Positions 1 to 11,348 of a stretch of 64,000 nt of DNA are shown here, in pieces. Position numbers and translations under genes: made by a program. The notes under the pieces are model-generated. The model worked only from the letters and a program-made list of their open reading frames with translations. It did not search any database and had not been told where the DNA came from. The DNA comes from Pelagomonas calceolata (lineage: Eukaryota), in the NCBI GenBank assembly GCA_918797485.1, contig CAKKNE010000002.1, forward strand, positions 3,720,001 to 3,784,000, written 5' to 3'. Each line of letters starts with the position of its first letter. Position 1 is the first letter of the stretch.

Positions 1-1136
1 AGCGCCGACGTCCCCGTCACGTATTGAGCTCATGCCTTGTATTAAAAGAAGAGTAGCTTATTCCTGGCAAGGCCCGTTCATTTTATCCCTCAGGCGCTAG
101 GCTCTCAAAAATCATTGGCCCTCGGCGTAGGGAGGAGGCTATAAACTTCGCGTAGGGAGGAGGCCTTTAGAGGCTTGGTGTATGTCCTTTTCCACTAGGA
201 TATTCCTTCATGCCTTGGTACTTGCCTCGACGCGCCTGCACGTATCAAAGGCCCGACGGGCAGCTTGTGCCCATCCGCTTTTGGCTCACATCAAAAAGAA
301 CCCAACACCGCAATTCGGGACAGGGTCTAGGTTCCCATCACCCCGTAGGCCCCACCCCACCCCAAGTCGGGTAATTCTTTCTTGTAAGATTTTGACGCAT
401 ACTCCATGAGTCCTAATTAAGATAAATTACCCTGTGAATCTTAATACTGCGTTGAGACTTCGAATTTTATAGGGGGTTAAGCGCACCCGTCGACGTTGAT
501 TTTGCGCAATGTCGCGACAGCCACGCGCCGAATGGCGGGAAATTTTTGCTGAGGCGCAGGTTCCGTATGCTAAAATAATGGGCTGTGCGCAATTTGGTAC
601 CATGCGGGCGACCGCGACCACTGCGATAAAACCCGAACCCGAACCCAAAATCGCCCTGAGACTTATAAATTGAACCATAATTACGAAAAAATTATTTCCT
701 AACGTTCCATATCTATATAGGGCTCTAAGGGATTTTCCTCCTTTTGGCTAGGCCGAATCACCCCGATGAAAAAGTTGCGCGTAAGAATAAAAAATTAATT
801 ACCTTGCTTAAGAGCTAGGCCGCCTTCGGGGGCTGCAAGACCGAACGCCCGTGACGTACTTTTTTTATGTATGCACGAAAAACAAGGGTAAAGTTTTTTT
901 AGACGCACCCTGCGGGCGCATCGAAAAAACCGTGACCTTACCCAAAAGGGCCCGGGATGCGTGATTGTCCCGCAGCCCCTCTTTTCCCCGACGTCGAACT
1001 AAGATTTCGGGGAGAACACGGGGAGACTCGAGTTAGAGAAGCTCTCGGGTGACCAGAGGGGTGATTCACTAAGTGATTCACTGGGGCCGCCCGGGAAGGG
1101 GCCAAATCGGCGTTCTTATTAGCAATACGGGCTACC

Positions 1137-2251
1137 TTACTTCACCCGCAGGCTCTTGGCCCGTTCGATGGTGGCGAAGAGCCCGTTCGTGTGGACGGCG
1201 GACGTGTTCCCGGCGCGCGGGCAGAACGGCGGTCCGGGCGGGGCCTTGCCTAGCGTCGAAAGGCCGACAGTCAAATCATCGGCGCCGCGCGGGACGCCGC
1301 GCTTCAAGTATGGATTGCGCCAATGCTCGACAAACGGCGCGCCGTCGTTCGCCCCGCGACGGTACGGCGCCGGGCGCACCCGGCCGCAGGAGAAATCTGC
1401 GGCGCCGACCTGTGTGGAAATCAAAATTGTTCGTGCTGAATCATCGCGATTTCCACACAGGCGCCAACGAAGCCGGCGCGCGCCACGCGCGCGGCGAGCC
1501 GCTCGGCGTCTCGCGGCGCGTCGAAAGGCGCGGCGGCGCGGAGCGACGCGGCGCTCGAGGGCGGCGGCTCCGCGTAGCGGCGGCGGCTGAGCGCGAGCGC
1601 GCCCCGGACCCCGGCGCGGAGGTGGGTCTCCATGGTCGCGCCGCGCGCGGTGGGCGCGCTCCGCGGGTCGAACACGGGGGCGGCGTAGACGCCCGGCGCG
1701 CTCGCGGTCGACACGAGGTGGTGCAGATGCCGCGCGGCCGCGGCGAGCGCCCCGGCGCGCCGCGCGTCGTCGGCGGCCTGGTCGTCCAGCTCTCTCGCGG
1801 CGCGCCGCTGGTCGAGGCGCTCGCGGAGCGCCTCGCCCGTCGCGACGACTGCCTCGACGTAGCGCCGCCGGGCACGGAAGTCGTGTCGGTAGCGCCGCGA
1901 GTAGAACCCGCGGAACGTCCGCTGCGCGAGCGTGGCGTGGTAGTGGTAAATGGCGCGCGCCTCGCGCCGCGCGCGGGCCGCGCGGCGCGCCGCCGCGAGC
2001 TTCCGGGCCACGACGCCACGGTGCACCCGCTGGACCGCGATCGTCGCGCTCGTCAACGCCGCTATCCAGCTCCGGACGCGCTGGCCGCGCCAGAGTCGCT
2101 GGACGCGATCCAGCTCCGTACCCTGGTGCGCTCGATCGTGAAGGGGTCCGGACCGCGCCCGTGCGAGGGGTGCGTTCGTCGCGGACACGCACGTTGTACC
2201 AGTGAAGCCCGCGACGACGTGGCAGGCGAGCTTGTCGAAGGCCTCAGCCAT
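1137..2251 (-). CDS. SPATA17: SPATA17-like IQ-motif protein; join(complement 1469-2251, 1137-1409)
   Basis: IQ-like repeats (VQRLWRGQRVR, VQRVHRGVVAR, AQRTFRGFYSR) and HHLVSTASAPGVY motif. Removing intron 1468-1410 joins ...ARAGF to VGAADFSCGR... in frame. Start codon uncertain. Confidence 0.7.
1410..1460 (-). mobile_element. Minimal 51-bp introner element; intron 1468-1410 (59 nt, GT-AG)
   Basis: Perfect 13-bp TIRs CTGTGTGGAAATC / GATTTCCACACAG; flanks GCGCCGAC (1402-1409) and GCGCCAAC (1461-1468); removal restores the reading frame. Confidence 0.9.
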
Positions 2252-2353
2252 CTCGCAAAGGCTTGGAAGGCGCAGGCGACCGATGTGGTGGCTCCGTTGT
2301 ATATGATACATATCTAAATAAATAAATAAATAAATAAAATGTAGAGAAACCTA

Positions 2354-2376
2354 CTAGCGGCCTGTAAGACACTAGC
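2354..2376. promoter_or_regulatory. Dispersed upstream motif CTAGCGGCCTGTAAGACACTAGC (one of 12 copies)
   Basis: About 100 bp upstream of the SPATA17-like start; near-identical copies precede other genes. Confidence 0.55.
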
Positions 2377-4379
2377 ATACTCTATAGTTAGCCGCCCCCG
2401 AAGAAGACTACACCCCTCAGTCGGCGGCAGACGCCACGGCCGGCGGTTGCACGTGCTCGACCCACTGTTTTTGCAGTAGACATTCGGCGGTGCCTCTCAT
2501 AATTTCGTCTCCGCGAACTTCCCGACAGCGTAGTCGGCTCCACCCCGAATAATAAATCAGACGAGCCGCCCAAACGTCTCGCGAAGCGCGATCTGCTGGC
2601 CGCGGGCGCGGTAGGCAGCCACGCACCGCGCTTTGCTCTGAGAGTCGAGCCTTCGCGAGCGCCGCGCCGGTGGCCCGCGCGGACGACGGGCCACGATTCA
2701 GAAACATGATAATGGGCCGGACTCACGCTGCATGAGATGCAGGACGCGACCGTGTCGCGCCGCGCTAAGTGACTCCCCGTGTAATACTAGCACTAAGAAT
2801 GAATGTGGTGTAAACCTTCATTACGTCAAGGTGGGACTAAGTAGGAGAGTAAGAGGGGCCTAGTGTAGTACTAGGGGGTATATTCTTCGCACAGTGAGCC
2901 TGAGTATACAACAGTAATACTTATCTAGTAGCCCTAGTCTTCTGGCTCCTAGCTAAACAGCTATAGTATATTTATGTGCTTACGTACACGCTCGCGGGGG
3001 ATAGGTCCCCCGTCCCCCCTAGTACCTACGGTAGGGGGGAATAAGGAATAAAGACTAGAGGTGTCTCCACAACTAGGGCATCTTGGCGCGACGCTAAGCG
3101 CCGTGCGAATTCCTGTCTTAAATGACGTGTAGGCGCGGCGTTTAGGAGTGCTGAAGGTCGGGGATTGACCTACTAGGCTTCGAGGTGTTTTGGCCCAACA
3201 GTCTTTGCCAGGCGCTGCCCCGCGTTTTTGCCCGCGGGAGGGCAGCTGTCGGGGCGGTGGGCCATGGCCGTCCAGCGGCGCCTCGACGCCATCGCCGCGA
3301 TGCGCGAAGGCGGACGCGCCCCCGTCATATGTCTGCTGGACCAAGATCCACCATCCCAAGTGGCCGAGCTGGGAGCCGGGCGTTGGGCTGGAGATAGATC
3401 TACGAGGCGCCCGGGCGCGGAGTACGCCATGGGCGACGTTCGTACGCAGCTAGGTCGTCCCGATGATCTGTTGTTGCTCGCGCGGCCGTCGCGGCGCCGC
3501 GAGACGTTTCGGCGCCGACCGCGTTCTCGTGGTAGCGGCGCCCTCACGTTGTCCTTGATGCTGGGACTTACCTTGGTTTCGTTTTATTCGATTTTCATGA
3601 CCTGCTCTTCTATCTTTCCCCTCCACATTTCATATCAGCCACTGTTGGGTTTCAGCCTGATCAAACCCAGCCTCCTGCCTCGAGAATTGGTCCCGTGCGC
3701 CCTTAACTTTGCTCAGAGCAGTGTTTCACCGCTGGAAACGACTCCTGGCGGCCTCACGACGCCGCGACGACCACGCATAACACCTTCAGAGGGCTACCAG
3801 ACCTCTGCAAAAGCTATTTGGCGTTGCGCGCGCTACGGCCCGCCGTCGCGCGAACAGGTGCAACTTACGCGCCCCGACGCGACCTCACGCAGCCAGACGT
3901 CGCGCGCGTTCCGCGGTTTGAGCTTCACAACACCTCACGGCCGCACACGCCGTCGCCGCGCCGCGCCGTCGCCGCAAACGGCGTTAATCCAGCACGACCG
4001 AGCAACGCCTCGCGACGGGCGGAACGGACCCGGAAGCTGATTTGTGGTGGTTCCCGTCGGCTCGCCGGTCCTAGTGACCCATGCGGGTGTCGAAAGGGGT
4101 CGACTTGCTCAGGGGGCCTTGAAGCGCGCGGTTGTGCTGGTGGGTGCGTGCGTGCCCCGCCGCGGTCCCGTAGCGCCGCTCGACTACGGTCGCGCGGTCG
4201 CGGTCGGCTGCTGTTCGTGCGCGCCACGTGTCCATGAATAATAAACAATTAACGAAGGAATTTCCTAAAGGAAAAAGGACATTCACGAAGCCAGAAACGA
4301 TACCTTAGACGTCCCGCTCCGAGCGCCAGTACGCGAGGACCTTCCAGAAGAGGACGTCCGGCAGCAGGCCGTCTCGACC

Positions 4380-4560
4380 GAAGAGGCCCGTGGAGCGAGG
4401 GACAACACGTAGTTGTAGGCTGTCAAAATGGATTTTCTATGTTCCTCGCCTTCGAGCTTCAAATATCCAGAGTATACGTCTCGCCGCATCTGCAGGGCTT
4501 CCTCGAGCCGTCCGAGCGATTGATACGTGCACGCAAGATTGCCCTGCGCGGTGAGTAGGT
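4380..4560 (-). pseudogene. Fragment of a kinesin-light-chain-type TPR repeat protein
   Basis: AQGNLACTYQSLGRLEEALQMRRDVYSGYLKLEGEEH is a TPR-like repeat; the flanks do not continue as plausible coding sequence. Confidence 0.55.
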
Positions 4561-4630
4561 TGCGTGGCACGCGCAGCCACGAATACACTAGGGCATTATG
4601 ATGTAAAAACAATTTAAGCTGCAAGTCCAA

Positions 4631-5236
4631 TTGAACGCCGAGGAAGAGTCGTGCTCACGCTTGTGGACAGGTCGGCAGAGCCCTCGAGGCGTTGCTCGAG
4701 TTCGACCGGCGGCCCGCCGCGTCGCGTCCCATTTTGCACGCTGTGAGATTGACGCGTACACGCGGCGCCGGTGCGAGGCCGCGGAGGAATCGAGGAGGGA
4801 GCTCGAGGCCCGCCTCGCGGACTTCACTGTGAATGGGCGCGGCGGCGAGGAGCTCCAGCGGTGCAAGAAGGAGCGCAAGGTGCTGATCCGGGCCGTCCGG
4901 GAGCTCAGGCGAAGGGTCCGGAAGCTGCGCGAGGCGGACCGCAAGGCCGACGCCGTGTCGGCCTACTGGGGGTCGGGCCAGGAGCCCGTCGTCCCCTCCA
5001 CGCAACGCGCCGACGACGACTGGATCGAGGTCTACCTAAAGGAGCTCCACGTGTCCGACGACGAGGACGAGGCGCCGCCTGCACCACCGCCTTCACTACC
5101 GCGGGACGGGGACGCCTTCGACGCCGCGGCGGCGGCGGCGCGGGGCACGGCGGCGGCGGCGGCGCGCTTCGTGCGCGCGCGGCTGCCGGCGCCCTCGCCT
5201 CCCGGGTCGCGGGAGCCGCGGGTCGAGGCCATTTAA
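4631..5236 (+). CDS. Hypothetical coiled-coil protein or gene remnant
   Basis: GC-rich third positions from about 4770 and a charged helical sequence; no ATG start, no recognisable domain. Confidence 0.35.
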   Translation: MNAEEESCSRLWTGRQSPRGVARVRPAARRVASHFARCEIDAYTRRRCEAAEESRRELEARLADFTVNGRGGEELQRCKKERKVLIRAVRELRRRVRKLREADRKADAVSAYWGSGQEPVVPSTQRADDDWIEVYLKELHVSDDEDEAPPAPPPSLPRDGDAFDAAAAAARGTAAAAARFVRARLPAPSPPGSREPRVEAI

Positions 5237-5785
5237 GTTAGGGTGTTGTTTGTTGTTTACTTCTCGTATGTAGTTCGCGAGAGTGGTCTGCAGGGAGATG
5301 TCCGGTGCGCCAAAGCGCGCCGCGGCATAGAACACTGAGCCTCTTGCACGGACGACGCGTCCTCGTAATGGTCTCGTCGCCGCCAGAAGGCGGGATCCCG
5401 CCCGGCGCTGTTTCGAGGAGTAGTAGCTGCTGCGGGGAGTGAATAGTCTGTCTGTGAGGAACCACTGAGGATGAACGCGGCCTCGCTCGTCGCGCCGGAC
5501 TGCGAGGTGCCTAGCGGGCCCGAGAGCAGTAGGTCTAGAGGAAGGGAGAGGTGCTTCCGGGCGCGGTAGACGGCTCTGGTTACGCTTCGATGATTGCGTG
5601 CGGGTACAAGCCTTTTTCAGCGGCTTGGTTTTGGCAGCACGGCCCCACCTGTGCATAGTTTTTGACAGCTATTAGAATAGTTGCAAAACGTGTACTTCAA
5701 GCAAGCCATCCATCAGGCGGATGCGCGGGCGGACTGCCCTGAACTATAGGTCGTAGGTCTTCAACATAAAAGGCATCGGCCAAAA

Positions 5786-7425
5786 ATGACATCTCAGCGG
5801 TCGCACGAAGACACGAACTGGCGGGCGGCCCTCGAGGAATACCGGGCGGCGAAGGACCGCGCGGCCGGCGCGTTCCGTCCCGACGCGAAGACGTGCGCAG
5901 ATCTCCTCGCGCGCGTCGCCGGTGTCGTGCGCAAAGGGCGCAGCAGCCCCGCGGGCCACGACGATGCCACGCAGCGCGCGGCGGCGGCGCGTGAGATAGT
6001 GGACGCCCCGCGTGGAACTTGGTTTCTCGGCGCCGACGCAGCCGCGCGGCAGACATCGGGAGGAGGGTGCAAGGGCGCCGCGACGTCCGACGTCCGCGCA
6101 GGTGGACGACCTGGAGCGGTCGGACGTCGCGACGACGGAGGCGACGTACGCGCTCCTCGCGCGCGCGTGCGCCGCAGCCGGGGACGCGGACGCCGCGACT
6201 GCCGCGCTCGCGCGCGCGCGGGCGGCGCACGTCGCTGTCCGGCGCCGCGCGTACGCGCCCGTGCTGGCGCTGCGCTGCGCCCGGGGCGAGCTGGACCGGG
6301 CGCTCGCGCTCGCGCGCGACGCGGCGGCGGGGGGCGTCGCCCTGGGCGCGGCGGACCATGCGGCGCTCCTCGCCTGCGCGGGCGGCGCGGGGCGGCGCGA
6401 CCGCGTGCCGGACCTGCTCGCCGCGTACGCGCGCGACGTGCCCGTCGCGCCCGCGCCCGAGCCCGCGTGGGGCGCCGTGCTGGCGTGCGCGCCGCGCGCG
6501 TGGCGCGGCGCCCGGTTCGCGCGCGTCGACGCCGCGAGCGGCGCGTGCGGCGCGTGCGGCGCGACGCTCCGCTCCGTGGGAATCGGCGCGGCCGCGCGCC
6601 GAGCGCTCGCGGCGCGCGTCGCGAGCCTCGCGCTCCAGGCGTGCGGCGCCGCGCGCTGGGCGGCCTTCGAGCGGTGGCTGCGCGCTGTGTGGAGAATATT
6701 GCGGAGACCTTCGTGACAACGTCGCGTCGATGGCGTAGAATCTCCACGCCATCGAGAGATGCAGTTAGGGGACGACATCGGGTCGATGGCGCGGGGCGTC
6801 CGAAATTTGATTTCCACACAGGCTGCGCGGGTCAGCGCACGACTGCGTCGTCGACGGCGCGAACGCGGGCTTCGCGGGCGGCGCGCCGGCGCTCGAGCTC
6901 CGGCGCGTCGACGCCGTGGTGCGGGCCTGCGAGCGCCGCGGGCGGCGCGTGCTCGTCGTGCTCCACGCGCGCCACGTCGCCCGCGCGGCGCCGCGCGACC
7001 GGCCGCTGGTGCGCGCCTGGCGGCGCCGGGCGCAGCTGTACGCGTGCGCGGCGGGCGGCAACGACGACTGGTACTGGCTCGCGGCGGCCGTCGCCGCCGG
7101 CGACGCGGGCTGGCTCGTGTCCAACGACGAGATGCGCGACCACCACTTCGGTATGCTCAGCCGGGGGGACTTCCTCCAGTGGAAGGCGCGGACCGTCGTG
7201 AAGTTCGAGATGGACGGCGGGGACGTGGCCCTGGCCCCGCCGCCGCCGTACTCGGAGAGCGCGCAGTTTGACGCGGGTGGGTGGCATGTGCCGGCGCGCG
7301 TGGGGGCGGGCGCCGGCGAGGCATCTGCCGCCACCGTGGTCGTGCGGCGGCCCGCCCCCGGCGCGCTCGCGTGGCTCTGTTGCGCGCCGGCCCGAGCGTT
7401 CGAAGTCAGCAACAAAAGTGAGTAA
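5786..7425 (+). CDS. PRORP: Protein-only RNase P (PPR + NYN nuclease); join(5786-5998, 6102-6676, 6822-7425)
   Basis: PPR-like helices, CxxC (CGACG), and NYN motifs VVDGANAG, NDDWYWL, VSNDEMRDH. Both intron removals are frame-consistent. Confidence 0.9.
5999..6101 (+). mobile_element. Degenerate introner-derived intron (103 nt, GT-AG)
   Basis: Starts GTGGACGC and the next exon starts GTGGACGA; internal ends CCGCGTGGAAC...TCCGCGCAG; joins AREI to VDDLERS in frame. Confidence 0.7.
6685..6821 (+). mobile_element. Introner element, 137 bp; intron 6677-6821 (145 nt, GC-AG)
   Basis: Ends CTGTGTGGA...GATTTCCACACAG; perfect TSD GCTGCGCG (6677-6684, 6822-6829); removal gives FERWLRGSAHDCVVDGANAG. 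Confidence 0.9.
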
Positions 7426-7677
7426 CCTCTAAAGGTCTACGTAGTAAGGAGCCTGGGAAGGAGGAAGCAGCCCTCGAGCGGTCCGGTCCGGCGCGCTAGT
7501 CACTCTCGTACGGAGACTGAGTCCGAGTCGGAACGCTGGCCATGATTGTCCCCGCCGCCGCCTGGGGCTTCAGGAGGGCTCAGAGACACGGGTTTTCTAA
7601 GCCGTGGACGGCCCAGCCCTCTGCTAAGATAGCTAGCCAACCAGATGGTTTGGTTATCCGCCGCCGGCCCGCGGCGC

Positions 7678-8999
7678 CTACTTGCGGCGCAGGAAGGCGG
7701 GCAGGCCCGCGCGCCGGCGACCGGGCCGCCCCGCCTGCGGCAGGAGCGGCCGGACGTCGACGCCCCCGGAGACGGCCCGCTCGAGCGCCGACGCGGCGAT
7801 GCCCGTGGCCAGCACCGTGATCGACAGCTCGTCGGCCATGCCGTCCTGCACGAGCGCGCCGAAGATGATGTTCGCCTGCGCGGGCGCGACGATGCGGCGC
7901 GACCGCGCCGCGACATCTTGAAGGAGGCGCGGCTGGTCGCGTCCGCGTCGACGTTCTCGTAGATGATCTGCGCCGCGCGGTCGACCTCGGCGAGCGTCAT
8001 CGAGGGCCCGCCCACGATGTTGAACACGATGCCGCGCGCGTTCAGCACGGGCGCCTCGAGGAGCGGCGACGAGATGGCGGCCACGGCCGCGTCCTCCGCG
8101 CGCGACGCGCCCCGCCCCGTGCCGATGCCGATGAGCGCGGCGCCGGCGTCCTGCATGACCGCGCGCACGTCGGCGAAGTCCACGTTGATGAGGCCGGGCT
8201 TGACGATGATCTCGGACACGCCCACGATGCCCTGCCGCAGGACGTCGTCCGCGACCAGGAAGGCGTCCGCGAGCGGCGCGTCGGCCGGCACGATCCCCAG
8301 GAGCTTGTCGTTCGACACGACGATCAGCGTGTCGACGTGGCGCTCGAGCTCCTCGAGCGCCGCCACGGCCTGGCGCGCGCGCTTCCGGCCCTCGAAGCCG
8401 AAGGGCTTCGTCACGACGCCCACGGTCAGCGCGCCCGCGCGCCGCGCCGCCTCGGCCACGACGGGCGCGGCCCCGCTCCCCGTGCCGCCGCCCATGCCCG
8501 CCGTCACGAAGACCAGGTCCGCGCCCCGGACCATCTCCTCGATGTCGGCGCGGCTCTCGACCGCCGCCGCCCGCCCCACCGCGGGCTCGCCGCCCGCGCC
8601 GAGCCCCCGCGTCAGCACGCGCCCGATGTGCAGGCCGGCGCACCGCTCCGCCTTGCCCGCGAGGGCCTGCGCGTCCGTGTTGACGCACCAGAAGTCGACG
8701 CCGCGGACGCCGGCGCCGACCATCCGGTTGACCGCGTTGCAGCCGCCGCCCCCCACGCCGACCACCCGGATGGCGCAGGGCCGTAGCTCCACGGCTCCAC
8801 CGCCCGCGGCCGCGCTCATGATCGGGGAGGTCCGCGTCCGGGCAGAGGCGGAGCTGCTCGCGAGCGGCAAGATCCGGTACCAAGACAACGAAAACGTGCC
8901 AGCCGGGTTCGCGCGGCGCGCCCGGAGATGCGGCGCCTGCAGCGCGCGCGCCGCGGCGGCGAGGAGCAGGAAGTTTTCACATATCCTTGGTGGTCGCAT
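7678..8999 (-). CDS. ftsZ: Plastid-type division protein FtsZ; join(complement 7941-8999, 7678-7875)
   Basis: VVGVGGGGCNAVNRM, NTDAQAL, GMGGGTGSGAAP, GLINVDFAD; signal-peptide-like N-terminus; splice gives NVDAD|ANIIFGA. Confidence 0.93.
7876..7940 (-). mobile_element. Degenerate introner-like intron (65 nt, GC-AG)
   Basis: Donor GCGACCAG versus next exon GCGAACAT (6/8); CCGCGC follows the donor octamer and CCCGCGCAG ends the intron; needed to restore the conserved FtsZ sequence. Confidence 0.65.
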
Positions 9000-9057
9000 A
9001 GCGGGTTCTAAGGCCGCAACGCAAGGCCTCACACAAGACGCAGGCTGTGCTCCAGTC

Positions 9058-9080
9058 GCTAGTGTCTTAAGGCCGCTAGC
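9058..9080. promoter_or_regulatory. Upstream motif copy in the divergent ftsZ / lectin promoter
   Basis: GCTAGTGTCTTAAGGCCGCTAGC between two head-to-head start codons (8999, 9158). Confidence 0.55.
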
Positions 9081-9157
9081 CCGCAAGGGAAGTGGTGCGT
9101 CCGCGGCGGAGAAAAAAAACTCCGTGCGTGATTTTTTTTGAAACCTGAATTCTCTCA

Positions 9158-9946
9158 ATGCGCCTGTTTTTTTTCATGCTGGTGGCGGCGGCGGCATCGG
9201 CGGCGCGCGCCGGCGACGACCTCTCCTTCGCGGCGCCCTTCGACGCCGTCGCGGCGACCGGCGACCGGCAGGTGTCCCCGGCCTGGCGCGCGCACGGGTC
9301 CGCGGCCGTGCACCGCAACTTCGCGCGCCTGACGCCCGACCGCCAGTCCAAGGCGGGCGCGCTCTGGTCCGCGGAGAGCGTCGGCGCGGACCAGGCGACG
9401 CTCGAGCTCACGTTCCGCATCAGCGGCCAGGGGCAGCACTTCTTCGGCGACGGCCTCGCGCTGTGGCTCAGCGCCGACCGCGCCTTCCGGGCGGGCGCGT
9501 TCCACGGCGCGGACCCCCGCTTCGCGGGGGTCGCCGTCGTCGCGGACACGTTCCGCAACGACGAGGCCGCGGCGGCGCACCGCGATCTCGCGCTCGTCGC
9601 GAGCGGCGGGGGCGCCGCGGACGCGGCGGCACTGCTCGAGGGCGCCGCGGGCTGCGACGCGAGCGTGCGCTACCACGAGAACCGCGGCGACTTCTCCGTC
9701 GACCGGAGCTCGCGCGTGCGGCTCGCCGTCGCCGCCGGCGCCGCGACGCTCGCGGTGGACGCGGCCAACGACGGGACCTGGGTCGAGTGCGCGGCGGTCG
9801 CGCTCCCGCCGGCGCTCGACGGCGCGTGGCTGCGGCGCGCGCACGTCGGCGTGACGGCCTCGACGGGGCAGCTCGCCGACAACCACGACGTGCTCGCGCT
9901 GGCCGTGCGGACGGACGGCGCGCCGGCGGCCCCGGCCGCGGACGCC

Positions 9947-9983
<37 letters not shown>

Positions 9984-10435
9984 ACGCGCCGGTCACGGCC
10001 GCGCGCCTCGGCGCCGTCGAGGGGCGGCTCGACGACCTCGTCCGGCGCCTGGAGCACCTGCAGCACCACCTCGAGCACGAGATGGTCAGCGTCGACGACC
10101 ACGTGCGCGTGACGCTCGACAAGCTCGCGCGCCAGGAGGAGCAGAGCGAGGGCCGCATCGACGCGCTCGAGCAGCGCGTCGTCTCGAACGTCGAGGAGTC
10201 GCTGGCCAAGCGGGTCGCGACGCTCGAGCAGGCGACGCGCGACGCCGTGCAGAAGCGCGTCGCGTCCGTCGAGACGCGGTACATGTCGCGGCTGGGCGAC
10301 GTCGTGGCGGAGAAGGTCGAGGGCAGCGGCCGGGGCTGGACCCTCCCCTTCGTCGTGCTGGTGCTCGTGGACGTCGTCGCCTTCGTGCTCGCGCGCGGCT
10401 GGTACGTGCGGTTCAAGAAGAGTCATCTGCTGTGA
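9158..10435 (+). CDS. ERGIC-53/VIP36-like L-type lectin cargo receptor
   Basis: Signal peptide; RLTPDRQSKAGALW, FGDGLALW, DTFRN, ASTGQLADNHDV; coiled coil, TM helix, tail KKSHLL. Confidence 0.88.
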
Positions 10436-10539
10436 GGCGCGCGCGGGGTGCATCCATAAAGACTTATGCCTGTTCGCGAAGGCACATCCTCGCCAAGGGC
10501 CAGGCCCTGACAAGCCTGAGGGATATTTTCCATTTTTCA

Positions 10540-10626
10540 GAGCGGGGAGAAGGCTCTTAGGAGCTTGTTCCTTTTTTTTAGGTCTTCCTTAATTAATTAA
10601 TTAATTAATTTATTTTATTTATTTAT
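10540..10626. repeat. Dispersed ~60-bp repeat with (TTAA)n/(TTTA)n tail, copy 1
   Basis: 10540-10598 matches 37300-37358 at 57 of 59 positions by eye. Confidence 0.8.
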
Positions 10627-11348
10627 TCATCTCTCTCCTACTACAAGTACGACTCGGAATCTTGTTCCTTTTTAGGTTTCTTTCATTTATTATATTATTA
10701 TCAATAATAAGTAACGCGTCCCCTCCGGGTAGCATCAGGCGGAAGCAGCAAGGCCGCTGCGTCCCTCTTTTTCGATCTCTCCTTTTCGTTTCTCCTGGCG
10801 ACGGCACGTCGATGTTTCGTAGCTTCTGAAGGCGTCCTTTCGGAAGGGGCTATTTCCATCAACTTTTTTCTGGCAGCTGTTTTTTTCCCCGATCGTGCAT
10901 TTCTCGTCCGGTGATGTGGCTCTCCTTCTTGGGCTTGGTCGGAACCTTAAGCTCCATGTTAGAGATGATCCTTGACCGTGGTGTTGGGGTAGGTTCATTG
11001 TAGTGAAGCGGTTTTTGGACAATTCTTAAGCTGCTTATACAGGTTGGCAAACTCTGCCGTCTTGTCAGTAATGAATATGGCCACACGGAATGTCAGCTTT
11101 CCCTGCTCTCGTTTCCGTTGATAGTAGTCTTGTGGGGGCCGTTTGTTCGTATGATATGGATCTACATCTTCGGGCCCAGGAACCGCTGCACCCGTCGCAC
11201 CCCATGGGGAGGAGGCCGCGTGAATGCGCGAAGGGCCCGCGCGAGACGCGCGCGTGTGACGGCTCATCCTAAGTGTGACTGACTATATAAATAAATAAAT
11301 AAATAAATAAAGGGGCGCTACCAATATAGGGAGTACCTATACCAAAAA

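Noticed and set aside
1..1130. AT-richer region with short duplications and an imperfect hairpin near 894-929
   Set aside because: No TIR/TSD pair, RNA gene or credible ORF could be supported.
2123..2199. Possible extra GT-AG intron in the SPATA17-like 5' region
   Set aside because: The obvious splice would shift the frame, and the region is already open.
7678..8999. FtsZ, GlyRS, L3 and FadE as evidence of a bacterial genome or recent transfer
   Set aside because: They carry targeting presequences and/or introns and lie among clearly eukaryotic genes.
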